Of a stretch of 57,647 bases of DNA, positions 16,494 to 25,408 are shown in pieces. The DNA is from a virus. Lineage: Duplodnaviria > Caudoviricetes. The stretch is from positions 1 through 57,647 of the IMG/VR virus record IMGVR_UViG_3300017752_000012; one strand, written 5' to 3'. Below the pieces are notes generated by a model. It did not search any database. It was not told where the DNA came from and saw only the letters and a program-made list of their open reading frames with translations. How positions within the stretch are numbered: position 1 is the stretch's first letter; every line of letters starts with the position of its first letter. The position numbers were made by a program, and so were the translations under genes.

Positions 16494-16527
16494 AAGAAGG
16501 GGTCTTTTTTGGACCCCTTTTTATTAT
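16494..16527 (+). terminator. Intrinsic terminator between the promoter and the p140-like gene
   Basis: AAGAAGGGGTCT-TTTTT-GGACCCCTTTTT-ATTAT. Confidence 0.7.
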
Positions 16528-16537
16528 CCGGAGATTT

Positions 16538-19174
16538 ATGGCTAACTACAATTTTTTACAGGAAGCAAAAGTTTGGTTTGAAAAAACTTCGAGTGAGGAG
16601 GGTATAGTAGCGTATACTGATCGCTTTACACAGGCGCCTTATCAATACGGTAATTTCGGTAGATATAAGGAAACTGTAGCAGGCATAGGATCTGAACCTT
16701 TATTTATACATCAAACAGCGAGGTTATTTCCTACTTCTGGGTCTAATAGTACAGGACATGATGCAACTTTAGGCGATAGAAAAGTTTTATTAGCCTTTGA
16801 CTGTAGTTCATACGCTACGGGTGAAGCAACTTCGGCAACTGTGGTAATGATAAATGTTGTTAACGGCGTAAAGTACCTTAGAGTTAAGATAGGTGATCAA
16901 ATTACTTTGAATAATACTTCGGACTGGGAAGAACTAAACAGAGCAAATACAGACGGAATTCATGTAGATATTCCTTTTTCGCAGCTAACTCCTTTTAATA
17001 CTCCTGTTAGAGAAAACGGGGTTGATGGGCTGGCAGAGTTAACGCATATACGGTACGAGATAGATCCTCCAAATAAAACATTTAGAATGTGGGTAAACAC
17101 AACACTTGTCGCAGAGGAGGTGTCGGCTAATTCTTTTAGATGGATAGGAGACGGCGACGTCAACACGATAACCAATAAATATAACAGTAGAAGAGCGGGA
17201 TTCGGAACAGCAACACAATTTACTAATAGTATTTTTACAATTCCACATATGCCCACCTCTCTGTACTCAGACATGACCAATAGAGATGAAGCAGTTGCAA
17301 GTATTCCTTATAATATTGGCGGTCTTGCATTTACTTGGTTTCCGTTTTCGTCGGTATCGCAAGTAGGAGGTAGTACGGATGTATACCATAATCAAACTGT
17401 TGTAAATTTTAACGCAGTATATCCACTACCTGTTAAAAAAGATTTAACTTTTAGTCAAACTTTTACAGATAATAATTATTCAGTAAAAACAATACAAAAT
17501 ACTGGAAATATGTTTAAAGCGTCTAGTATTAATAAAGCAAATCCTGCAGATGTATCTTTTAGTATACCTGTATTTGAAAGCCTTAACGGAATATCTGAGT
17601 TTTATGATATTATAAGAAAATTAAATACTGAAAATAGGCTAAGTTATTTTACTTTATATATACAGTTGCCCAATGATTTCTATACAATAGAAAAATGTGT
17701 CGTAGTAGGGACAACATTTAAAATGGAAAAAACTAATCCATTAGAAATAGAAGTAAAAGTACAAGGATCAAAGATAAGCAGAGGAACTAATACGACTTTT
17801 ATACAGCCCTTTATAGCTACATCGTTTCCAGAAACTTATCAATTAACAACCGATCATTTAGTAACAACTATTGATAGTACCCCAATAGATTGTTTAATAA
17901 GTCTATCGGCAGAATTACAAAATGAAGTCCAATGGGTAGAGAATAATACAGTAGATAAAGCAATAACGACAGGTAGTTTTAATAATGCTAATCATTCTTT
18001 TTGGAGTATAGTTGATACTACTCCTACTTATAGTCCTACTATACCTATAGATTATATTATAAATAATGCGCCTGTTACTGTTGGTTCCAATATTTCGTAT
18101 ACTTACATAGGAGAGGCTTCGATAAATGCGGCAAGAGATAGAATAACTTTAAAAGTATTTGAAGATCCTACATCAACTCTGCGAAGTAACCAAAATAATT
18201 TCTCTGCGGAAGACAATAGGGAAAACTTTAGATTAGACTGGGATTCTTCTTTGCTCAACCTTCATAGTCATAGTATTTTATTTGACAGGCCTTCGGCAGC
18301 AGATTTGACTAGTTTTTACATGGATGAAACGCTTGAAGTAAATGCTGCCTATTTTAAATATAGCGCAGAGGATGAGACTTGGGTTTCTGGGAGTCAGCCT
18401 AGAATTTGGCATGACCTTACTTTTAGCGGAATACAGTATACAAATACTTCTGTACCGGTTCAAAAGTATCAGTTTGAGTTTGATGTACTTAGTGCTAATA
18501 CAAACGATGTTAGTTTTGAATTAACAAATCAAGATGGAACTTCTCTTTCGGCGGTTAACAATACTCGTGCAGGAAAAGAAAATCCACTAAAGTTTCAGTT
18601 AAATTCGATACCGGCGGAAGACCCCCACGTGAGCATTGACCCTGCCACTGGTGAAGTTAGATTAAATTATCCTAGTAGTAGTTTTTCAAGTAGTGAGTGG
18701 GTAAACGGAGGTACGGCAAATTATACTTACACAGTCCAAAGTATTAACGATAATAGAGATATTGTAGCTTCCAAAGACTTTTCGTTAGACACTGATGCAA
18801 CACAGTATTCTAATCAACAACCTGTACACGGAAGTATTATAGATACGGTAAATATTAATGATTTTACCCCTGATAGCGATAAAAATACAACTTATCCACA
18901 AGAAGCAGTAATTATATCAAGAACTTTTTCGGGATCTGTAGAGCAATATGTTACAGATAGTACAGACCATAAATATGTACAAACACATAAAACTGGAGTG
19001 CCTATAGTCATAGAAGCAGGTAAAAATAGTACTTCTGGTTTTCAATTCAATCTTGGCAACTGCACCTTTACTAATAGAAACAATGTTGCAGACGCCTTTA
19101 CGCAGAACTTTGATTGGCTAATGAATGATAATCCCGCTGATTTAAGTGCTATTTTAAAAATTAACAATACGTAG
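16538..19174 (+). CDS. Baseplate tube protein (T5 p140-like) with two large insertions
   Basis: p140-like segments: MANYNFLQEAKVW, FSQTF..KTI..SSINKANPADVSFSI, LISLSAELQNEVQW, and the C-terminal SGSVEQY..FT.R..V.D.FTQ.FDW. These are separated by two roughly 280-300 aa unrelated regions. Confidence 0.7.
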   Translation: MANYNFLQEAKVWFEKTSSEEGIVAYTDRFTQAPYQYGNFGRYKETVAGIGSEPLFIHQTARLFPTSGSNSTGHDATLGDRKVLLAFDCSSYATGEATSATVVMINVVNGVKYLRVKIGDQITLNNTSDWEELNRANTDGIHVDIPFSQLTPFNTPVRENGVDGLAELTHIRYEIDPPNKTFRMWVNTTLVAEEVSANSFRWIGDGDVNTITNKYNSRRAGFGTATQFTNSIFTIPHMPTSLYSDMTNRDEAVASIPYNIGGLAFTWFPFSSVSQVGGSTDVYHNQTVVNFNAVYPLPVKKDLTFSQTFTDNNYSVKTIQNTGNMFKASSINKANPADVSFSIPVFESLNGISEFYDIIRKLNTENRLSYFTLYIQLPNDFYTIEKCVVVGTTFKMEKTNPLEIEVKVQGSKISRGTNTTFIQPFIATSFPETYQLTTDHLVTTIDSTPIDCLISLSAELQNEVQWVENNTVDKAITTGSFNNANHSFWSIVDTTPTYSPTIPIDYIINNAPVTVGSNISYTYIGEASINAARDRITLKVFEDPTSTLRSNQNNFSAEDNRENFRLDWDSSLLNLHSHSILFDRPSAADLTSFYMDETLEVNAAYFKYSAEDETWVSGSQPRIWHDLTFSGIQYTNTSVPVQKYQFEFDVLSANTNDVSFELTNQDGTSLSAVNNTRAGKENPLKFQLNSIPAEDPHVSIDPATGEVRLNYPSSSFSSSEWVNGGTANYTYTVQSINDNRDIVASKDFSLDTDATQYSNQQPVHGSIIDTVNINDFTPDSDKNTTYPQEAVIISRTFSGSVEQYVTDSTDHKYVQTHKTGVPIVIEAGKNSTSGFQFNLGNCTFTNRNNVADAFTQNFDWLMNDNPADLSAILKINNT

Positions 19175-19182
19175 GAGTTACA

Positions 19183-19635
19183 ATGGAATTAAAAAAATTA
19201 ATGATCGACACCAAAGCAGTTTGGGTTGATTTTGCAGGCTTGCCAGGTTTTAAGGTAGAAGTTGCAAACCTTTCAAAGAAAGAATTAACAAATCTTAGAA
19301 AAAAATGTACAACACAAAAATTTGATAGAAAAACGCGACAAGCGGTAGAAAGTTTGGATGAAGATAAATTTATTACTGAATTTACAAAAGCAGTAGTAAA
19401 AAACTGGAAAGGGTTAACACTAGGTCATTTGGAAACTTTATTATTAATAGATATGGACGGAAAAGATCCAGAAGATACTCTTGAATATAGTGAAGATAAT
19501 GCTGAAACTTTGGTTAGTCAATCAACGGAATTTGATACCTGGCTCAATGAGGTAGTCTTTGATTTAGATAACTTTCGTACAGAGCGAAAGGGAAGAAGTA
19601 GTAAACCGGCTAGAAAAGTATCTAAAGAACAGTGA
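19183..19635 (+). CDS. Tail assembly chaperone (gpG-like)
   Basis: VKNWKGL...EYSEDNAETL....EFDTWL....DLDNFR. Located before the tape measure gene. RBS AGGAG. Confidence 0.8.
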   Translation: MELKKLMIDTKAVWVDFAGLPGFKVEVANLSKKELTNLRKKCTTQKFDRKTRQAVESLDEDKFITEFTKAVVKNWKGLTLGHLETLLLIDMDGKDPEDTLEYSEDNAETLVSQSTEFDTWLNEVVFDLDNFRTERKGRSSKPARKVSKEQ

Positions 19636-19972
19636 TACTAATATGACGCGAGAGCGTTATTTCACAATGTGTGAGCAATTAGGTAAAGAACCTGTAGAAA
19701 GTGAAATACCCCCAGATTGGGAAGACTTTCCTCATATTGTTATACAAGCCTTTAATACTTTCAATATGTTAGGCGATAGAATTGTAAACGAAATAGGGTA
19801 TGTTGGAAAAGATTATACAAACCTACCGATATATATGGATATATATGGTATAGAAGATAAAGAACTGTTTTTAGATATATTATTCTTTCTAGAGACAAGA
19901 GCTATTTCTAAATCTCATGAAGCTATGAAACGAGAAAGAGAAAAGCTAAAGAGAAAAACTAGTGGCAGATAA
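19574..19972 (+). CDS. Tail assembly chaperone second part (gpGT-like), probably reached by +1 frameshift; ORF-track start 19643
   Basis: The frame is open from 19568. There is no good RBS before ATG 19643, and TTT-CGT lies at 19573-19578 in the upstream gene. Confidence 0.7.
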   Translation, partial: FVQSEREEVVNRLEKYLKNSDTNMTRERYFTMCEQLGKEPVESEIPPDWEDFPHIVIQAFNTFNMLGDRIVNEIGYVGKDYTNLPIYMDIYGIEDKELFLDILFFLETRAISKSHEAMKREREKLKRKTSGR

Positions 19973-22900
19973 AAGTACAGTTCAGGTAACGTTTAAGGTA
20001 AACGCAGACGGTAGTCTACAACAAGTAGGTAAAGCGGCAGACAAAACCGCTAAATCTATGGACAAAGCTACAAGTAGTACGACTAACTATAATAGGGCGG
20101 CGCGTGGTGTTGCTAATCTTCAACAAAACCAAACAAAAGCATTCGCAGCAACGGCTAGAGGAACCTCTGGCCTTGTTGCGGCTTATGCAACTCTTATGGC
20201 TCACGTATTCGCTCTTACAGCTGCGTTTGGAGCCTTACAACGTGCTTCCGCATTAGTCCAGTTAGAGCAAGGTCTTGTTGCTGTAGGTAATGCAGCAGGT
20301 CAAAATCTTCCTTATGTTGCTAGAGAGATTCAAGCAATTACAGGTCATGCTGTAACCCTTCAAGAGGCTATGGAAGGCACAGCTCTTGCTATGTCTGCCG
20401 GTTTCGGTATTAACCAACTAAAAGAACTTACTAAAGTTGCTCGTGGAGCTTCTATCGCACTTGGTAGAAACATGGGTGACGCACTTACTCGTCTTGTAAA
20501 AGGTACTGCAAAACTAGAGCCAGAAATTCTTGATGAATTAGGTATTATGGTTCGCCTAGACAAAGCCTCTCAAGACTATGCAGCTAGTATGGGCAAGACA
20601 ATAACACAATTAACTCGCTTTGAAAAACAACAAGCGTTTCTAAATGCTACCATTGATCAAGGCGCGAAAAAATTCTCTGTGGTTCTTGATAGTATTGATC
20701 CAGATCCTTATTCACAACTAAGTTCTGCATTCCAGGATCTTGTTAAGGATATGACCACCCTACTTAACAAAGGTCTAATACCTGTAATCAAATTTTTATC
20801 TTCTAGTAAGTTTGCAATGACAGGTGCAATTATACTATTCGCTTCATCTATTACAAAAATGCTACTACCCGCTCTCGGAGAGATGTCAGCGGCCAACCGT
20901 ACGGCAGCTGCTGTTGCGACTCAGTCTGCAACTAATGCGGCTGGAAAAATGGAGAAGAAATATTTAGGTGCAGTTCGAAAAGTAAAAGGTGCATTTAAAA
21001 CTGTACCTGCAAGTGTTAAAGCCGTAGAAGCGCAATTTGTTTCGGGAGGTCTTTCTGTACAACAATATAAAGTTCATTTAAACAATCTTAAAAAATCAGA
21101 AAAATTACGATCAGTTGCCTTAAAACGTTACAGCGGTGAACAACATATACAAAAGAAAAAAGAATTAAATGATATTCGACAGCTAATCGCCGAAACTCAA
21201 AAACTTCTTTTAGTAGAATCTCAAAGAGGTGGTGCAGGGGCTGGAGTTAAATCTGCTCGACAAGTTGGTCGTATGGCTAAAAGACAGTCTATTTACCAAG
21301 ATAAAATTGGAGAATCTTCACTATTTGGAGGACTAGCAGTTGCGGGGCGTGGAGCAAAGGCACAATTTAAAGAAATAGGAAAAGGCGAAAAAGGTTTAAA
21401 AAAGCTAAAGGTAGCTTTTTCAGCCGCTTCAAAAAGTGCTGGACTATTTGGATCTGCTCTTTTAAGATTTGTACCTATTATTGGCTGGGCATTTACTGCC
21501 TTTTCATTGCTTAGTCCATTACTTGGAGGTATGTTCAAGAAGGGAGCCGTTGCAAAAGCAGCAGATGAAGTCGCTGATTCTTTCGATAGTTTTTATAGAA
21601 TATCTGCACAACTAAATACAGAACTTGAAAAGACAGAAAGTATTATGGATCGTGAGAATAAAATGCTTGCGGTTAGGGTTGGTTTACTACAGCAAGTTTC
21701 TGCAGGCATATCAAAAATATTCGAAGCAGATGAGACAGCAAGAGAGGAAGAGCTTGAAAAAGCTTTAAAAAGAACAAATGCAGCACGAGCCCGTGCAGAG
21801 AGCGTCACTGGCGGCCATGCGGGCAGGAATGTAAAGAAAGCGGCAATAGAAGCAGAAAAAGAATATCAAGCAGCTTTAAAAGCTAGTACAAAAGTAGGGA
21901 GCGATGCGGCAAAAGCAACTATAGATCAAGCAATCGCTATGATTAAAGCCAGTGGAAATGCTAAGGTATTTACAAAAGAATTAAAAGAACTACAAGACTT
22001 GAGAGATAGCCAAAAAGGCGATGTAGATAAAAAAGGCTTTTTGGATCAGGTAGATGCAATTACAGAGCCTGCTCGAAAGCTAAAAGCTGAGCAAGAAGCA
22101 GCAACAGAAGCTACTATTAAACTAGAGCAATCTGTGAAAAGTTTTTCTGAAAAATCAAAAGGCCAGTTCGGAGAGTTATATGTAAATGCTAATACTCTAC
22201 TTAACTCGTTGGTAAACATTGAAAAAGCAGTGACAGCAGGTACAGCTACAAAGGACTTTGTCCCCATAACTCCTGATCAAATTAAACAAGTAGAAAGACT
22301 AGGAAAAGCATTAAAAATAGCAGTTGATCCAAAAGATTATGTAGGTAGCTTGAAAAAAATAGGCGAGGCTATTGCTAAAAATAATGTTTTAGCTTCTACA
22401 AGTGAGAAAACGGCACAACGACTAACTCATCAAGCTAAGAGGCTAAATGGTTTTGCTAAAAATACGTCAGGAGTAATGGGACTGCAGCTAGTTATTGAGC
22501 AAGAGATTTTAAATACAAAAATAGAAGGGTTAAATGCAACCTTACAGAATATGCTTGCCGAAGAAGGTATAGATTCAGCTTCTGATAGAGTCTTAAAAAC
22601 AAAAGCGGACATAAAGAAACTTGAGGATCAGATTTTATCAAACAAACAAATAGAAGAAAAAATTGCAGTGGCTCAAATCAACCATACTTTAAATATGTTA
22701 AAAATGCAAGAAAAGCTATTACGTTTATCTAAAGAAAGAAGAAGTACTGAAAGAGATATAGAAATGACGCAGTACAGAATTGCCGCAGCTAAAGCAGGGA
22801 TAGAGGTTAGTGAATTTGCAAAAATAGGAATACTTCAAAAAAGATTGGCAGACGCCGAAGCGGCTCAATCTCAAACAGCAGCAAACAAGATTGCATCAGC

Positions 22901-24443
22901 CGAAGCCGAATCGAAATTAAAACTAGCAAAATTAAAAGAAGAAAGAAAAACGGCTTTAGATGCTTTAGATAAGACTCCAGCTCCAGCAGTTACACAAACT
23001 ATGACTGTACGCCGTGACATAGTTGATCCGAAGCATGGAACAATAGATGAAGTCATAGCCGAGTCTGATAATAGTGAACAAATATCTTTTTATAAAAAAC
23101 AAAGAACTTCAGCTGAGCGAATAAATCAGGAATTTAATCAAAAAGAAAAAGCAGAAAAAGCCTCTTTAGCAGAAGAAAAAATAAAAATAGAAACAGACTA
23201 TGCTTTAAGAGTTTTAAGTATAAAAGCCGAGATGTTTGAGGCAGAAAGAAGATTAGAGAGACAGATGCTTGAAGAGAGAAAAGTAGGCATGAATGCGTTA
23301 GCCCAGTCTCAAATGGATACTGCTCAAAAGAACAAAGAAAACGAAGCTAAAAAGACAATGGATTTAGATGCCATTAAGAAGATGACGTTCGAAAGTGAAG
23401 AAGCAAGAACTAAAATGGAGGATTCGGTAAAAGGACAGTACTACAGAAATATGGCTGCAAATGCTAAAACAGCCTTTGCCGACATTGGTGCAGAGATGTC
23501 TAAATTTGGGGGCGCTGATGGTGTTTACGCGGGCGCTGTAATGACCGGTATCGGACAAGTAACCGAAGGGTTAACTATGTCTTTCCAAGCATTTACAGAC
23601 TCTAGTTTAAGTGGTACTGAAAAACTAAATGCAGGATTAAGTGGTTTAAGTTCTATTACTAGTGCCTATTCTGCTATTACTCAGGCAGCTACTGATAAAG
23701 CAGTTGGCAACCTAGATAAGAAGATTCAAGCCGAGAAAAAATCAGATGGTAAATCAAAAGAAAGTCTTGCTAAGATTAAAGGTTTAGAGGCTGAAAAACT
23801 ACAAGAACAGAAAAAAGGTTTTGAAAAGCAGAAAAAAGCGCAAAGAGCTCAGGCAATTATTTCGGCAGCACAAGGTGCAATATCTGCATACACCTCTTTG
23901 GCGGTAATTCCTATAGTTGGTCCCGCATTAGGTGCTGTTGCTGCTGCTGCTGCTTTAAAAATGGGTAAAGACCAGGTAGACACTATTAACGCTACCTCAT
24001 TCGAAGGCGGAGGAGACCTGGGAAGTATAAGCAGTATTACAGTAGGGCAGAGGTCTAATAATGTAGATCTTGCACAGAATAGTAATCAAGCAGGAGAGCT
24101 TGAGTATCTAAGAGGCGGAAAAGGTGTTGGGGGTCCAACTAATTTCCAATCAGCCTTCTCAGGTTATAAACATAGAGCGGCTGGCGGCCCTACCGGATAC
24201 GTTGTAGGAGAGCAAGGTCCCGAGCTATTCATCCCTCAAACTTCTGGAGAGATAATGTCTGCTGGAGAAACAAAAAATACTACAGCTCCTACAAATGTAA
24301 CATTTAGTATAAACGCTATAGATGCTTCTGGAGTAGAAGAAATGCTAACAGAACAAAGAGGAAATATAATAAATATGATACGAGATGCCGCAAATGCTCG
24401 AGGAGAAACTTTCTTAGAAAGTGTTACGGAGAATTACTTATAA
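19962..24443 (+). CDS. Tape measure protein (T5 pb2-like)
   Basis: 1493 aa, Ala/Lys-rich and helical. ARGASIALGR...EPEILDELGI, hydrophobic segments, C-terminal AAGG..YVVGEQGPELFIP motif. Confidence 0.9.
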   Translation: MADKSTVQVTFKVNADGSLQQVGKAADKTAKSMDKATSSTTNYNRAARGVANLQQNQTKAFAATARGTSGLVAAYATLMAHVFALTAAFGALQRASALVQLEQGLVAVGNAAGQNLPYVAREIQAITGHAVTLQEAMEGTALAMSAGFGINQLKELTKVARGASIALGRNMGDALTRLVKGTAKLEPEILDELGIMVRLDKASQDYAASMGKTITQLTRFEKQQAFLNATIDQGAKKFSVVLDSIDPDPYSQLSSAFQDLVKDMTTLLNKGLIPVIKFLSSSKFAMTGAIILFASSITKMLLPALGEMSAANRTAAAVATQSATNAAGKMEKKYLGAVRKVKGAFKTVPASVKAVEAQFVSGGLSVQQYKVHLNNLKKSEKLRSVALKRYSGEQHIQKKKELNDIRQLIAETQKLLLVESQRGGAGAGVKSARQVGRMAKRQSIYQDKIGESSLFGGLAVAGRGAKAQFKEIGKGEKGLKKLKVAFSAASKSAGLFGSALLRFVPIIGWAFTAFSLLSPLLGGMFKKGAVAKAADEVADSFDSFYRISAQLNTELEKTESIMDRENKMLAVRVGLLQQVSAGISKIFEADETAREEELEKALKRTNAARARAESVTGGHAGRNVKKAAIEAEKEYQAALKASTKVGSDAAKATIDQAIAMIKASGNAKVFTKELKELQDLRDSQKGDVDKKGFLDQVDAITEPARKLKAEQEAATEATIKLEQSVKSFSEKSKGQFGELYVNANTLLNSLVNIEKAVTAGTATKDFVPITPDQIKQVERLGKALKIAVDPKDYVGSLKKIGEAIAKNNVLASTSEKTAQRLTHQAKRLNGFAKNTSGVMGLQLVIEQEILNTKIEGLNATLQNMLAEEGIDSASDRVLKTKADIKKLEDQILSNKQIEEKIAVAQINHTLNMLKMQEKLLRLSKERRSTERDIEMTQYRIAAAKAGIEVSEFAKIGILQKRLADAEAAQSQTAANKIASAEAESKLKLAKLKEERKTALDALDKTPAPAVTQTMTVRRDIVDPKHGTIDEVIAESDNSEQISFYKKQRTSAERINQEFNQKEKAEKASLAEEKIKIETDYALRVLSIKAEMFEAERRLERQMLEERKVGMNALAQSQMDTAQKNKENEAKKTMDLDAIKKMTFESEEARTKMEDSVKGQYYRNMAANAKTAFADIGAEMSKFGGADGVYAGAVMTGIGQVTEGLTMSFQAFTDSSLSGTEKLNAGLSGLSSITSAYSAITQAATDKAVGNLDKKIQAEKKSDGKSKESLAKIKGLEAEKLQEQKKGFEKQKKAQRAQAIISAAQGAISAYTSLAVIPIVGPALGAVAAAAALKMGKDQVDTINATSFEGGGDLGSISSITVGQRSNNVDLAQNSNQAGELEYLRGGKGVGGPTNFQSAFSGYKHRAAGGPTGYVVGEQGPELFIPQTSGEIMSAGETKNTTAPTNVTFSINAIDASGVEEMLTEQRGNIINMIRDAANARGETFLESVTENYL

Positions 24444-25408
24444 TGGCTACTGCTCCTTTTACAAATATATTACCAGATCCTTCTAACCATATTAATATTA
24501 CTGGACAGGCAGGAACTGGAACCGGTTTTAATTCTGGTCCGGGTTTTGCAAGCTTTAAACTTAATTCTCAGTTTAAAACTTCGTATAATACTACTAATTC
24601 TGGTAGAACTATTACATCTTCTTCAGGAGGGCACAAATGGTCTCTAGCAATAGAATACAATCCTTTAACTAGAGACGAGTTTGAACCTGTTTATAATTTT
24701 TTAGGCTCTAAACAAGGCAGGCTAGAACATTTTTTTGTACAAATGCCAGAAACCAATCTAAGATCTGTTCCTTTTAGAAACTTTATAGGAGCATCTAATG
24801 ATACTTTTTATGTGTATACAAGCCCTGTAACTGCGCAACTTTTAGAGCTACATAGAGAATATAAAATAAAAGACAGCTCATCTCAGTGGCAGACTGTAGG
24901 AGCAGCTACCGGATCAACTTCAGTGGGAGATACTTTTATAGCTACAGGTCAATCAGCAGTCGGGACACATCTTGCAGCTCCCACATATGAAAAAGCGGGG
25001 CAGGATAATCTTACTATTGCCAACGAGCTTACTGGTTATAGTCTTACTACACACCAAACTCCAAGACCTGGAGACTTATTCACTATTAGTGATCCTTCTG
25101 ATTCTAGCCATACAAAACTTTATAAAATTAATAAAGTAGAGACTAGTACAGATAATGCTAATGCTATTCAAAATCAGTATGATAAATCTGAACCGGCATC
25201 AACAACGGTCACTGGTACAGATACCGTATCGCCCTGTATAAGGATTCATTTCACCCCCGAACTTCAAAAAAATGTATACGCTGGAGCTGTAATAAAGTTC
25301 TCTAACCCTATGATAAGGGTTAGAATGACGCAAGACGTACAAGAGTACTCTTTAAACACAGAAAATCTATACTCTTTTTCTTTACAACTTGAGGAGGCTC
25401 AAAAATAA
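24443..25408 (+). CDS. Distal tail protein (Dit, T5 pb9-like) with insertions
   Basis: LPDP, PGFAS, HKW.L.I.YNPLTRDEF, PRPGDLF....HTKLYKI, LYSFSLQLEEA. Follows the tape measure gene. Confidence 0.8.
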   Translation: MATAPFTNILPDPSNHINITGQAGTGTGFNSGPGFASFKLNSQFKTSYNTTNSGRTITSSSGGHKWSLAIEYNPLTRDEFEPVYNFLGSKQGRLEHFFVQMPETNLRSVPFRNFIGASNDTFYVYTSPVTAQLLELHREYKIKDSSSQWQTVGAATGSTSVGDTFIATGQSAVGTHLAAPTYEKAGQDNLTIANELTGYSLTTHQTPRPGDLFTISDPSDSSHTKLYKINKVETSTDNANAIQNQYDKSEPASTTVTGTDTVSPCIRIHFTPELQKNVYAGAVIKFSNPMIRVRMTQDVQEYSLNTENLYSFSLQLEEAQK

